From Acidimicrobiia bacterium (GTDB lineage Bacteria > Actinomycetota > Acidimicrobiia > Acidimicrobiales > Bin134): a stretch of 64,000 nt of DNA. Each line of letters opens with the position of its first letter. Positions within the stretch are counted from its first letter, which is position 1. This document shows positions 27,358 to 35,710 of the stretch, piece by piece. Where the stretch lies: contig JAJDYU010000085.1 in assembly GCA_022825005.1 (NCBI GenBank), positions 126,947 through 190,946 on the forward strand. Direction: 5' to 3'. The position numbers and the translations under genes are program-made. Below the pieces are notes generated by a model. That model did no database searches and was not told the origin of the DNA. It saw only the letters and a list, made by a program, of their open reading frames with translations.

Positions 27358-28479
27358 TCACCCGAGGCTGCCGGCAATTCTTTCCGCGTTGCTACGCAAG
27401 AAACCGAGGTAGGTATCAGAATCGCTCCCCGATGGACCAAGTGATCCGGTGTCCAGTACGACAACCTCAACACCGGCCTGCCGGGCCAGGGCTTCGGCGT
27501 CATCCGAACTGTGCGATGACTCGGCAAAGATTGCCGGCACCCCCGTCTGTTCGATCAGACCGACGAGTTCCTGAAGTTCTGCCGGATTGGCTTCCCCTAT
27601 AGACGAGCCACCAGGGATTACCGTCCCAACCAATTCGAATTCATACCGGTTGGCGAAGTACCCAAGGGCATCGTGGTTGGTGACCATAAGGCGGCTCTCG
27701 TGCGGAAGCGGCGCCAAGATCTCTTCGATCTCGGCGTCGACTGCAATCAACGCATCCCGATATTCGGCCACACAGGCGCCTAGCGCATCAGCATCTAGCC
27801 CGGCCTGTGCCGCAAGAGCCTCGCTGAGGGGAACAAGCGCATCTGCCACCTTGATTGGGTCGAACCACACGTGGGGATCCTCGCCACTGTGTCCGTGCCC
27901 TTCTTCTTCGTCGCCGTGGTCCTCGCCTTCGTCCTCTTCTTCGTCGCCGTGGTCCTCGCCTTCGTCGTTGTCTTCTTCTTCCTCGTGGTGCTCTTCGCCC
28001 TCTTCAAGTTCCGCCTCGTCATCTTCGTGGTGCTCTTCGCCCTCTTCCTCTTCTTCTTCGTCGTGGTGTTCGAGCTCCATACCAGGGGCAAATCCAATGG
28101 TTTCGACGTGGTCAGCCATATGGAAGACCGGGGTTCCGGCTTCCTCTACCGCTTCAAGGGTGTCACCCAATCCCTCTTCGAGGTCGAGACCGTTGGCCAC
28201 GATCATGACGGCACTTTCCATTCGGCCCCGATCCTGCAACGAGGGTTGGAAGCCGTGGGGATCACCGCCGGGAGGAATGAGAATGATTACTTCGGCTTGG
28301 CCATCGCAAACCACATTGGCCAATACGTCGGCCCAGATGGAGGTCGTCGCCATAACGACAGGCAAGCCATCGGAGCCTGCGTCGTCGTCATTGCCGCACC
28401 CGGAAATTAGTAGAGCCAAAGCAGCCACGATCCCTGTGGCGCACACAAGGATCTTTTTGATATCAATAATCGTTCTCAC
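27358..28479 (-). CDS. znuA: Zinc ABC transporter substrate-binding lipoprotein (cluster A-I/ZnuA type) with a very long acidic/His-rich loop
   Basis: Lipobox LLISGC. GGDPHGFQPS and DPHVWFDP metal-site motifs. The ~70-aa loop is HHDEEEEEEGEEHHEDDEAELEEGEEHHEEEEDNDEGEDHGDEEEDEGEDHGDEEEGHGH. GTG start. Confidence 0.85.
   Translation of the reverse strand: MRTIIDIKKILVCATGIVAALALLISGCGNDDDAGSDGLPVVMATTSIWADVLANVVCDGQAEVIILIPPGGDPHGFQPSLQDRGRMESAVMIVANGLDLEEGLGDTLEAVEEAGTPVFHMADHVETIGFAPGMELEHHDEEEEEEGEEHHEDDEAELEEGEEHHEEEEDNDEGEDHGDEEEDEGEDHGDEEEGHGHSGEDPHVWFDPIKVADALVPLSEALAAQAGLDADALGACVAEYRDALIAVDAEIEEILAPLPHESRLMVTNHDALGYFANRYEFELVGTVIPGGSSIGEANPAELQELVGLIEQTGVPAIFAESSHSSDDAEALARQAGVEVVVLDTGSLGPSGSDSDTYLGFLRSNAERIAGSLG
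27901..27966 (-). repeat. Two tandem 33-bp coding repeats in the ZnuA acidic loop (DEGEDHGDEEE x2)
   Basis: Copies at 27901..27933 and 27934..27966 differ at one base. A second, dispersed repeat tcgtggtgctcttcgccctcttc lies at about 27983 and 28024. Confidence 0.85.
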
Positions 28480-28497
28480 TCCTGTAACAATATTTGG

Positions 28498-28512
28498 GAA
28501 TGAGTGTCATTC
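28498..28512. promoter_or_regulatory. Candidate Zur/Fur-family operator GAATGA-GTG-TCATTC in the znuA-zur divergent region
   Basis: Perfect 6-3-6 palindrome lying between the znuA start (28479) and the zur start (28542). The AATGA/TCATT half-sites resemble Fur-family boxes. Confidence 0.5.
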
Positions 28513-28541
28513 GCAAGAGCCTGATGGGATACTGATGCCAA

Positions 28542-29012
28542 ATGACTGCCGAAGCGCATTCAATGCCAGGTGACACCGACCATCTGTCGGAAATTCACCT
28601 GGAAATCGGGTCCAGATTGGCTCGCCAGGATCATCGCTATACCACCGGCCGAAGGCACTTGGTAAGTGTTCTGGCCCAAGCCGGACAGCCGATGACGCTG
28701 CCGGACATCGTGACGGCTGACCCAGACCTCGCCCAGAGCTCGGTGTACCGAAATCTGGACGTGTTGGTACGCAGCGGCGTCATCCGGCGAATCAGCGCCG
28801 GCGGCGATCACACGCACTTTGAGCTGGCCGAGCCCCTACTGGGACATCACCACCACCTAATATGCATCAGCTGTGGCGGCATCGAGGACATCCACCTTGA
28901 CAGCGAAGTGGAGATGCTGGTGGATCAGAGCCTGACTGATATTGCCTCTCGGTCCGGATTTACTCCTATCCATCACAGCCTTGACCTCCACGGCCACTGC
29001 GCCGACTGCTGA
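28542..29012 (+). CDS. zur: Fur family transcriptional regulator, probably Zur
   Basis: 156 aa. Winged-helix SSVYRNLDVLVRSGVIRR, HHHHLICISCGG and HGHCADC metal sites. Genomic context next to znuA. Confidence 0.8.
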   Translation: MTAEAHSMPGDTDHLSEIHLEIGSRLARQDHRYTTGRRHLVSVLAQAGQPMTLPDIVTADPDLAQSSVYRNLDVLVRSGVIRRISAGGDHTHFELAEPLLGHHHHLICISCGGIEDIHLDSEVEMLVDQSLTDIASRSGFTPIHHSLDLHGHCADC

Positions 29013-29030
29013 CCCGGAGTCCGGGCTAAG

Positions 29031-30614
29031 TTGGATATGCGGCTGACCGAATCCAGGCTAAGCCCAGACTTGGGCCAATGGCGCCTCGAGATTCGGGAAT
29101 TCTTGGCTGCGGAGATGGCCTCGCACAATGTGGCAGGACACGTCGATCCCTCGGATCTCACCGGACTCGACCACGAATTTGAGCGTAGTCATCAGCAGGA
29201 AGCTGCCCGCCGAGGCATGCTGGCCATCTCTCTTCCGGCCCACGATGGTGGACGCGGCAAGTCCCGGGCCTGGAAGCATGTCTATGACATGGAGGCCGCC
29301 TTCTTCGGTGCCCCGTCCATCGATACCGGCGTCACGCTGTGCGGGTTCGTGTTGTCCCGCTATGGCACCGAGGCTCAAAAGGCGCGCTGGCTTGCCCCCA
29401 TGGTCTCGGGCGAAATGATGGGGGCAATCGCCTACAGCGAAGCTGGTGCCGGCAACAACCTGGCCGCCATTTCAACGGCCGCGGAGCGCAGGCCTGAAGG
29501 GTGGGAGCTAACCGGCACCAAGGCGCACGTCACCGGTGCCCACAAGGCGGACGTCGCCGTGGTGTTGGCGGTAACCGACCCTGATGCCAAGCCCCGCACT
29601 GCAATGACCATGTTTCTGGTGCCGCTCGATGCCCCTGGAGTTCGCCTGGCTAGAAGGCCGACGCTCAATCGCTGGACTCTGGGGGAGGTCGCATTCCAAC
29701 GAGTGCAACTTGGCGACGACTGTGTACTGGGCGAAGTGGGAAATGGCTGGTCCCAGGTCATCGCCGCAGTGGCCGCAGAACGGGGCTCTTTGGCCCACTA
29801 CGGATGGGTCGAGCGGTGGATTCAGCGACTCCCCGCGGGTGTCCCTCGCATCGACCGGGCCAGGCTGCACGCGGCCGCGGCTCAAGTCCGGGCCCACGCC
29901 CAGAGGCTGATCGACTATGAGGAGTCGGGCCAGCCAGTTGGCTACGAGGCATCGGTCGTGAAGGTGGCGTCCACCGAGCTTCTCCAGGACATCGCACGTG
30001 TGGCCCGATCAGGAGCAGGGCAGGGGGAGGCCGCATGGACTGCGATGTTCGAGGAGGGTCCGCCGTATGCCTACGACGTTCTGGAATCCATTCATCCCAC
30101 CATTTCGGTAGGTGCGAACGAGACCCACCGAGACATGATCGCGGCCGAGCTGTTGGACCGCGACCTGACTGTGGCCGCTCATCGGACGGCGACCTCTGAT
30201 GACCCCGCTATCTCCTCCTGTGCCCAGCAGGCGGCTCAGGCCCGGGAATTATTGGCCCTGACCGCCCAGCACGCTCTGCCACGACCCTTGTACGGAAAGC
30301 AAGTGGAAGACTTCCAAGTGGCCCGCCATCGCTTCGTGGACATGGCCATCGCGGTTGAGTCCATGGAGCTCACCACAGCGGAAGCCGCCCTCGCCCCTCC
30401 CGGCCCAAAGCGCGACTACCTGGTTTCAGCAGCCAAAGTGACCGGGAACGAGTCGCTGCTGGACGTGTTGGCCGGCGCCCATCAGTTGCACGGGGCCGAC
30501 GGCTATTACGACGACCACTATCTCGCCGCTTTCACCCGTCGGGCCTGGGTCCTCCAATCTCAAGGGGGAAGCAGCGCCGAGCATCTGGAACAGTTGGCCC
30601 GCCTTGCTGACTGA
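29031..30614 (+). CDS. Acyl-CoA dehydrogenase family protein, atypically long (527 aa)
   Basis: ACAD N/middle domains (GAIAYSEAGAGNNLAAISTAAE...WELTGTKAHVTGA). It appears to have two consecutive ACAD C-terminal helical domains. The start may be ATG 29037. Confidence 0.85.
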   Translation: MDMRLTESRLSPDLGQWRLEIREFLAAEMASHNVAGHVDPSDLTGLDHEFERSHQQEAARRGMLAISLPAHDGGRGKSRAWKHVYDMEAAFFGAPSIDTGVTLCGFVLSRYGTEAQKARWLAPMVSGEMMGAIAYSEAGAGNNLAAISTAAERRPEGWELTGTKAHVTGAHKADVAVVLAVTDPDAKPRTAMTMFLVPLDAPGVRLARRPTLNRWTLGEVAFQRVQLGDDCVLGEVGNGWSQVIAAVAAERGSLAHYGWVERWIQRLPAGVPRIDRARLHAAAAQVRAHAQRLIDYEESGQPVGYEASVVKVASTELLQDIARVARSGAGQGEAAWTAMFEEGPPYAYDVLESIHPTISVGANETHRDMIAAELLDRDLTVAAHRTATSDDPAISSCAQQAAQARELLALTAQHALPRPLYGKQVEDFQVARHRFVDMAIAVESMELTTAEAALAPPGPKRDYLVSAAKVTGNESLLDVLAGAHQLHGADGYYDDHYLAAFTRRAWVLQSQGGSSAEHLEQLARLAD

Positions 30615-30618
30615 GCGA

Positions 30619-31401
30619 TTACACAGGGGCGTTTCCGGCAATGGTGACCCGATGGAGCACGCGTTCCTCGCCGGCCACGTCCCCGACCACGGCGTGCTGG
30701 GTGGACCGGTTGTCCCAGATCACTAAATCGCCACCGCGCCAGCGATGTCGATAGGTGTTCTCGTAGCGTCCGATCACCCCGTAGAGGTACTTCAGCAGCG
30801 GGCGGCTCTCCTCGGGGGTCCACCCGTCGATCCGGGTCACATAGTTGTCGTTGACGAAAAGCGCCTCGGCTCCGGTCTCGGGATGAGGTCGCACGACCGG
30901 ATGGACGGCCACAACAGCCTCGTGCTCTAATCCGGCTTCAGCGGCCAAACTGGTGCCCTCGTGGACAGCAGAGAGTTCTCGGAGCGCGGCTTGCAGTCCC
31001 GGGGAAAGCGACTCGAAGGCGCCTGTCGCGCTGGCGAACATGGTGTCACCGCCCACATTGGGCAATACCCGGGCCAATAGCAGGGTGTACGCATGCGGAT
31101 CGCGCATATGGGTCGAGTCGGAGTGCCACGTTTGAGTAATGGGGTTCGGGTCGTAGATCTTCATGATCCCCGGGTAACCCTCAATTGATGGCACATAGGG
31201 ATGAATGGATATCTCTCCCCACATGGCGGCAAAAGCCAGTTGGTCTTCTGGGGTCATAGCACCCTGGTCGCGAATGCAGATCATCCCGCTTTGGTGGAGT
31301 GCGTCGCGTACGGCTTCGAAAGCGGACCCCTCGATTCCGCCAGTCAGATCGAGCCCGATGACCTCCGCGCCCAACGCCCCAGCCAGCGGTCGAATCTCCA
31401 T
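30619..31401 (-). CDS. TauD/TfdA family Fe(II)/2-oxoglutarate dioxygenase
   Basis: 260 aa. WHSDSTH (H-x-D) and a typical TauD layout. Confidence 0.85.
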   Translation of the reverse strand: MEIRPLAGALGAEVIGLDLTGGIEGSAFEAVRDALHQSGMICIRDQGAMTPEDQLAFAAMWGEISIHPYVPSIEGYPGIMKIYDPNPITQTWHSDSTHMRDPHAYTLLLARVLPNVGGDTMFASATGAFESLSPGLQAALRELSAVHEGTSLAAEAGLEHEAVVAVHPVVRPHPETGAEALFVNDNYVTRIDGWTPEESRPLLKYLYGVIGRYENTYRHRWRGGDLVIWDNRSTQHAVVGDVAGEERVLHRVTIAGNAPV

Positions 31402-31413
31402 GAACGGGAAACT

Positions 31414-32676
31414 CTAACCAGTTGATCCGCGGCCTACCACTCGGTCGTTGAATTCGATGGGCAGCGTCTTGAGGCCGCTCAATCGGTTGGTCCGAGTCCA
31501 GGTGGCGTCACCGACGATCTCGATACCGGACCAGCGGTCCAAAATGGCGTTGAGCATCACGTCAATCTCCAGCCGGGCCAGGTTGGCGCCCAGACAGAAG
31601 TGGGGTCCGTGCCCGAATCCCATGTGGTTGTTGGGGCTCCGGTCGATGCGGAATTCGAACGGGTCTTCAAACACCGCCCCGTCACGGTTGGCCGACATCT
31701 CCCACACCACCACCTTCTCGCCCGCGGCGATGGCCTGTCCCCCCAGCATGGTGTCCGCAGTGGCCGTGCGCCGCTTGTAGACCGACGGCGTCGTCCACCG
31801 GACGATCTCTTCGATAGCCGTTCCCATGAGGGATCGGTCCGCGGTGAGCAGGTCCAACTGTGCGGGCGACTTCACCAGCTCCCACAATCCCCCAGCGATG
31901 GCCTTTCGAGTTGTCTCCGACCCGGCGGTGAACAACAACGACCAGAACATCGCCACTTCGTCGCTGTCCAGCCGAGAAGGATCCTGGTCGGGGAGCTCGC
32001 CGTGGATGACCACCGACAACAGATCGTCCCCCGGGTTCTCGGTGCGCTCTTGGATCAGGCGCTGGCCGTACAAGTACATGTTAACGCCGGCTTCGCTGGG
32101 CTGGTTGGGCATCTCTTCGAGGGTGAAGGTTTCCGAAGTTATGTCCACCCATTCGCACAGCATCCGCCGGTCGTCGTTGGGCACCCCCAACAGCAAGCAG
32201 ATGGCTTGAAGGGGAAGCTCCGCGGCGACATCGATGACCAGATCGCAAGCACCCCGGTCGCCGGGCGCGGGGGCCACGCTGTCGAGAATGTGGTGGGCTC
32301 GAAGGACGAGGTCGTCGCGGATTTTACCGATCATCTTGGGGGTGAAGCCCTTCTTGACCAGCTGTCGGATCCGCTGGTGCCGGGGGTCGTCCATCATGTT
32401 GAGGAGCTTCCCGCTCATCTCCATGTCATTGATGGTGGTTCCGCCGTAAGGTCGGCTTCCCCCGGTGTGGCTGGAATAGATCTTGGGATTGCGGAAGACC
32501 TCCAACACCAACTCATGGGTGCTCACGCACCAGAAGCCCTCGCCGTCCGGGGTGCGATCGGTGGGCTCGTGCCACCACACCGGAGCATGCTCGCGCAGCT
32601 GGACAAAGGCCTCGTGGGGAAATCCATGAACAAAGGTCTGGTAACTACTGAGGTCGGGGATTTCGAGCGCAGTCAT
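31414..32676 (-). CDS. Cytochrome P450
   Basis: FGHGPHFCLGANLARLE heme loop. Start set at ATG 32676 (GAAGGAGGG 7 nt upstream) rather than the track start 32712. Confidence 0.9.
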   Translation of the reverse strand: MTALEIPDLSSYQTFVHGFPHEAFVQLREHAPVWWHEPTDRTPDGEGFWCVSTHELVLEVFRNPKIYSSHTGGSRPYGGTTINDMEMSGKLLNMMDDPRHQRIRQLVKKGFTPKMIGKIRDDLVLRAHHILDSVAPAPGDRGACDLVIDVAAELPLQAICLLLGVPNDDRRMLCEWVDITSETFTLEEMPNQPSEAGVNMYLYGQRLIQERTENPGDDLLSVVIHGELPDQDPSRLDSDEVAMFWSLLFTAGSETTRKAIAGGLWELVKSPAQLDLLTADRSLMGTAIEEIVRWTTPSVYKRRTATADTMLGGQAIAAGEKVVVWEMSANRDGAVFEDPFEFRIDRSPNNHMGFGHGPHFCLGANLARLEIDVMLNAILDRWSGIEIVGDATWTRTNRLSGLKTLPIEFNDRVVGRGSTG

Positions 32677-32768
32677 CAAGAACCCTCCTTCGGCCAGCGT
32701 ACCTCGCGCCAAGGTCTACGGTTTTGCTTGCATATCTCCTCAAAAGTGAGTGCCGAGCACTCTGTCTA

Positions 32769-32780
32769 CATGAATTCATG
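32769..32780. promoter_or_regulatory. Perfect 12-bp palindrome CATGAATTCATG in the P450-tetR intergenic region (possible TetR operator)
   Basis: Read directly. It lies about 95 bp upstream of the P450 start. Confidence 0.3.
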
Positions 32781-33118
32781 GCCCAAGTAGGCAGATGCGT
32801 GTTCTACATCGAGTTAGACTTCATTGAAGCCAAACATCGCTAGAACGCTCGCCCATCACTCCAGGGATTCCATAGTTGACACGCGGCCGCTTGAGATAAT
32901 CAACGGGTAACCTCGCTGATTGAACATATTTCTCCTACAACGATTGAGGCTCACAGTTGCCGATAATTCAAGAATATACGGACACGATTTATTGTCGAGT
33001 TGGCGACTGGCTATTCATGCAACGGCCTGGGGAGGCATGCCGCTGGTATTGAATTGGCAGGCGGAAATAGCCTATTCAGAAAGCGACATGCTAATGCTCC
33101 ACGGGTAAGCTCTCGCTG

Positions 33119-33748
33119 ATGGGAGAGTCCAGCAAGCTCAGAAAATATCGCTCAGACCATGAAGACCTGAACACTCAGAGCCGCTCGGCAATCATCGAGG
33201 CTGGCCAGATTTTGTTCTTGGGACAGGGAATCGCTTCCACGACGATGGGAGAAATCGCGGAGCAGGCACGAGTGAGTCGGGTCACCGTGTACCGGCATTT
33301 CCCCGAGTGCGGTGCGATTGCGTTTGAGGTGTACAACCGAATGCTAGAGTCGATCCTCGAGGCTACCCGCGCAGGAGTGCCCGCAGGAGTCAGTGGCCTT
33401 GACGCAGCCCGTCATTGTCTGGATGCCCTTTTCGCGGCATATCCCAGACATGAAACCGCCTTTCGATTCTGCGCAGCGTACAGTGCCTATTACGCGACAG
33501 AGGAGCGGTCCGACGAACTGGCGGAGTGGTACGCCGCTCGGGAATTCCAAGGACTCTCCGATGCTTGTGCCCAGTTCTTTGGTTCCCAACTCGACCAGGA
33601 GACATCCAATCTCCTGATGGCTGTGACCGACGCCGCGGCAAGCGGGCTGTGCAGCCTGGCAGTCAGCAGCGATTCTCTGAGCCAGGAGGACGCCCAAGCG
33701 CGGCTGAATAATCTCAGGGAATTGCTCCGGGGAAACTTGGGCACCTAG
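33119..33748 (+). CDS. TetR/AcrR family transcriptional regulator
   Basis: 209 aa. N-terminal HTH TTMGEIAEQARVSRVTVYRHF. Confidence 0.85.
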   Translation: MGESSKLRKYRSDHEDLNTQSRSAIIEAGQILFLGQGIASTTMGEIAEQARVSRVTVYRHFPECGAIAFEVYNRMLESILEATRAGVPAGVSGLDAARHCLDALFAAYPRHETAFRFCAAYSAYYATEERSDELAEWYAAREFQGLSDACAQFFGSQLDQETSNLLMAVTDAAASGLCSLAVSSDSLSQEDAQARLNNLRELLRGNLGT

Positions 33749-34900
33749 TCAAGGGCCTTCGATCCGATAGAGGGCGGCCGCGTTCTCCCACAGCAGCTTG
33801 CGGCGGACTTCTTCCGAATGGCCAACGAGCGAAGCCTCAATCCGCTCTCGGACATTGCCGTAGAGACAGGTCGGATGAGGGAAGTCAGTCTCGAACAACA
33901 CGTTGTCGACGCCGATCTTGTCGAGCAGCCGCTGCGGTGCCGTCTCCTCGAACCAGTAGCAGGCGTAGACCTGGCGGCGGAAGTAGTCACTGGGCATCAT
34001 CTCGAAGTTGGAGGCCTGCTCGAGTCCACCGCATTCATTGAAGGAGTGGTCGACGGCCTCGAGCACAAAGGGGATGAATCCGATGCCGCTCTCCACCGAC
34101 ACGAACTTGAGGTCGGGGTAGCGAGGCAGTACGCCGGACCCCAGCAGGTCGGTGAGCTGGATGCCGTTCTTGAGGAACATCTCCAGCGACGCGTAGGCAT
34201 AGGTGGACGGCTTGCCGTGAGCCGCCATCCGCTCAGGAGTGAACCCAGTGGTGGTGTCACCGCTGCCGATATGGAGGCTGATGGGAAGGCCGGCCTCTTG
34301 GGCCACCGACCAAAGCGGATCCCAGTGGGGGTCACCAAGGAGGGGCAGCCCGAACCTCTGCGGCTCGCCAGTGAACAGGACCGCTCGGTGGCCGAGCTCA
34401 GCGCACCGGGTTATCTCCGCCACGGTGTCATCGATGTCCCAGAAGGGGGTCGAGATGACGGCGACGAATCGTCGCGGGTCGGGGGATATCCAGTCGAGCT
34501 GGAAGTTGTTGTACGCCTGGACGCAGGCCAGCATCAACTCGCGGTCCTTCAGCTTCAAAAAGTGCTGGGCGCCAAACCCTCCGACATTGGGATAGAGCAC
34601 CTGAGCCCAGATTCCCTGCTCATCCATGAGCTTCAGCCGCTCGCTGGAGTCGTAGGCCGCTGGGTGGATCTCCTCGAACACTGAGGGCCCAGCGGGAAAT
34701 GGCTCAGGCCAACCAGCCACCGCAGTCATGCCCACCGATGAGAACACCTCGCCCCCCACGAACCAGTGATCCTTGCCCTCTTCGGTGCGCTCGACACGGG
34801 GCACCCGATCCTTCAATTTGGCGGGAACCCTGGAAACAAAGGTGTCAGGGGGCTCGGTGACATGGGTGTCGACGTCGATGACGAGCTCAGTGGTGGACAT
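33749..34900 (-). CDS. Amidohydrolase_2 family protein
   Basis: MSTTELVIDVDTHVTEP... and LFETDFPHPTC. Start moved to ATG 34900; the track 35020 start would overlap the upstream SDR. Confidence 0.85.
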   Translation of the reverse strand: MSTTELVIDVDTHVTEPPDTFVSRVPAKLKDRVPRVERTEEGKDHWFVGGEVFSSVGMTAVAGWPEPFPAGPSVFEEIHPAAYDSSERLKLMDEQGIWAQVLYPNVGGFGAQHFLKLKDRELMLACVQAYNNFQLDWISPDPRRFVAVISTPFWDIDDTVAEITRCAELGHRAVLFTGEPQRFGLPLLGDPHWDPLWSVAQEAGLPISLHIGSGDTTTGFTPERMAAHGKPSTYAYASLEMFLKNGIQLTDLLGSGVLPRYPDLKFVSVESGIGFIPFVLEAVDHSFNECGGLEQASNFEMMPSDYFRRQVYACYWFEETAPQRLLDKIGVDNVLFETDFPHPTCLYGNVRERIEASLVGHSEEVRRKLLWENAAALYRIEGP

Positions 34901-34944
34901 CCCCCAAGTTTGCCCCACTGATGTCGGTCTGAGGTACTTGACCC

Positions 34945-35691
34945 CTATTTTGTGATGCGGGCCATGCCGCCATCTATCACCACGGTCTGGCCGTTCATAA
35001 AGCTTGATTCGTCCGAGCACAGGTACAGCAGCAAACCGACTAGGTCTTCGGGTTGGCCTGGTCGTCTGATGGTTTGGCGGGCCAGCAGCCGCTGCACCTG
35101 ATCCTCAGGGAGCTTTGCGGTCATCACGCCCGGAGCAATGCCGTTGACCCTGATGTTGTCGGCAGAGAACTCATCGGCGAGCACCTTCGTGACACCGTTG
35201 AGGGCCAGTTTCGACACCGTGTAGGCACCGGCGTCGATCCACGCGCCGTTCGATGACTGGTTGACGATGACACCGCCGCCCCGGCTGCGCATCGACTCGG
35301 CACAGGCCTTGGCGCACATGATGGGAGCAACGGTGTTCACAGCCAGGATCTCCATCCATTCATCCTTGGAGAGTGGTAAAGCGTCGCTCCATTTCCCCCG
35401 AGCCAAGCCAGCGTTGTTGACCAGGATGTCCACACCGCCGAAAGCGTCAACGGCGGCCTTCACCATGGCCTCGATGTCCTCTCCCGAGGTGACATCACAG
35501 CGAACACCAATGGCCTGAGCACCGGTCGAAGCAATGCCTTCGGCGGTGCGGATTGCTGCTTCGCCGTCTATGTCTGAGACCACCACCGCAGCGCCTGCCG
35601 CGGCCAGGGCCCGGGCATAGACAACCCCCAACCCTCCCACTCCGGCGCCGCCTGCACCGGTGACGATTGCCACTTTGCCTTCAAGTCTCAT
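34945..35691 (-). CDS. SDR family oxidoreductase
   Basis: 248 aa. KVAIVTGAGGAGVGG, YTVSKLAL. Confidence 0.9.
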   Translation of the reverse strand: MRLEGKVAIVTGAGGAGVGGLGVVYARALAAAGAAVVVSDIDGEAAIRTAEGIASTGAQAIGVRCDVTSGEDIEAMVKAAVDAFGGVDILVNNAGLARGKWSDALPLSKDEWMEILAVNTVAPIMCAKACAESMRSRGGGVIVNQSSNGAWIDAGAYTVSKLALNGVTKVLADEFSADNIRVNGIAPGVMTAKLPEDQVQRLLARQTIRRPGQPEDLVGLLLYLCSDESSFMNGQTVVIDGGMARITK

Positions 35692-35710
35692 ACAACCACC
35701 TCTTGGACAA

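Noticed and set aside
27587-28573. 328-aa Ser-rich plus-strand ORF, and 27795..28097(-), 27855..28208(+), 27871..28410(+)
   Set aside because: They are antisense or off-frame products of the GAA/GAC-rich acidic loop of znuA. The ZnuA frame has a lipobox and conserved metal-site motifs.
24772-29012. Zinc island as a mobile or horizontally acquired element
   Set aside because: There is no integrase, transposase, tRNA or flanking direct repeat. Coding-region composition looks like the rest of the window; only the intergenic parts are AT-richer.
29013-29025. Hairpin CCCGG-AGT-CCGGG after zur (and 26410..26423 after the CDF gene) as rho-independent terminators
   Set aside because: The stems are short (5-6 bp), have tiny loops, and are not followed by a U-tract. 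The evidence is insufficient to call terminators.
32920-33108. 62-aa ORF in the P450-tetR gap, considered as a confident protein-coding gene
   Set aside because: It has a TTG start without an SD, low-GC codon usage unlike all neighbouring genes, and no recognisable motif. It is kept only as part of a finding about the unusual intergenic region.
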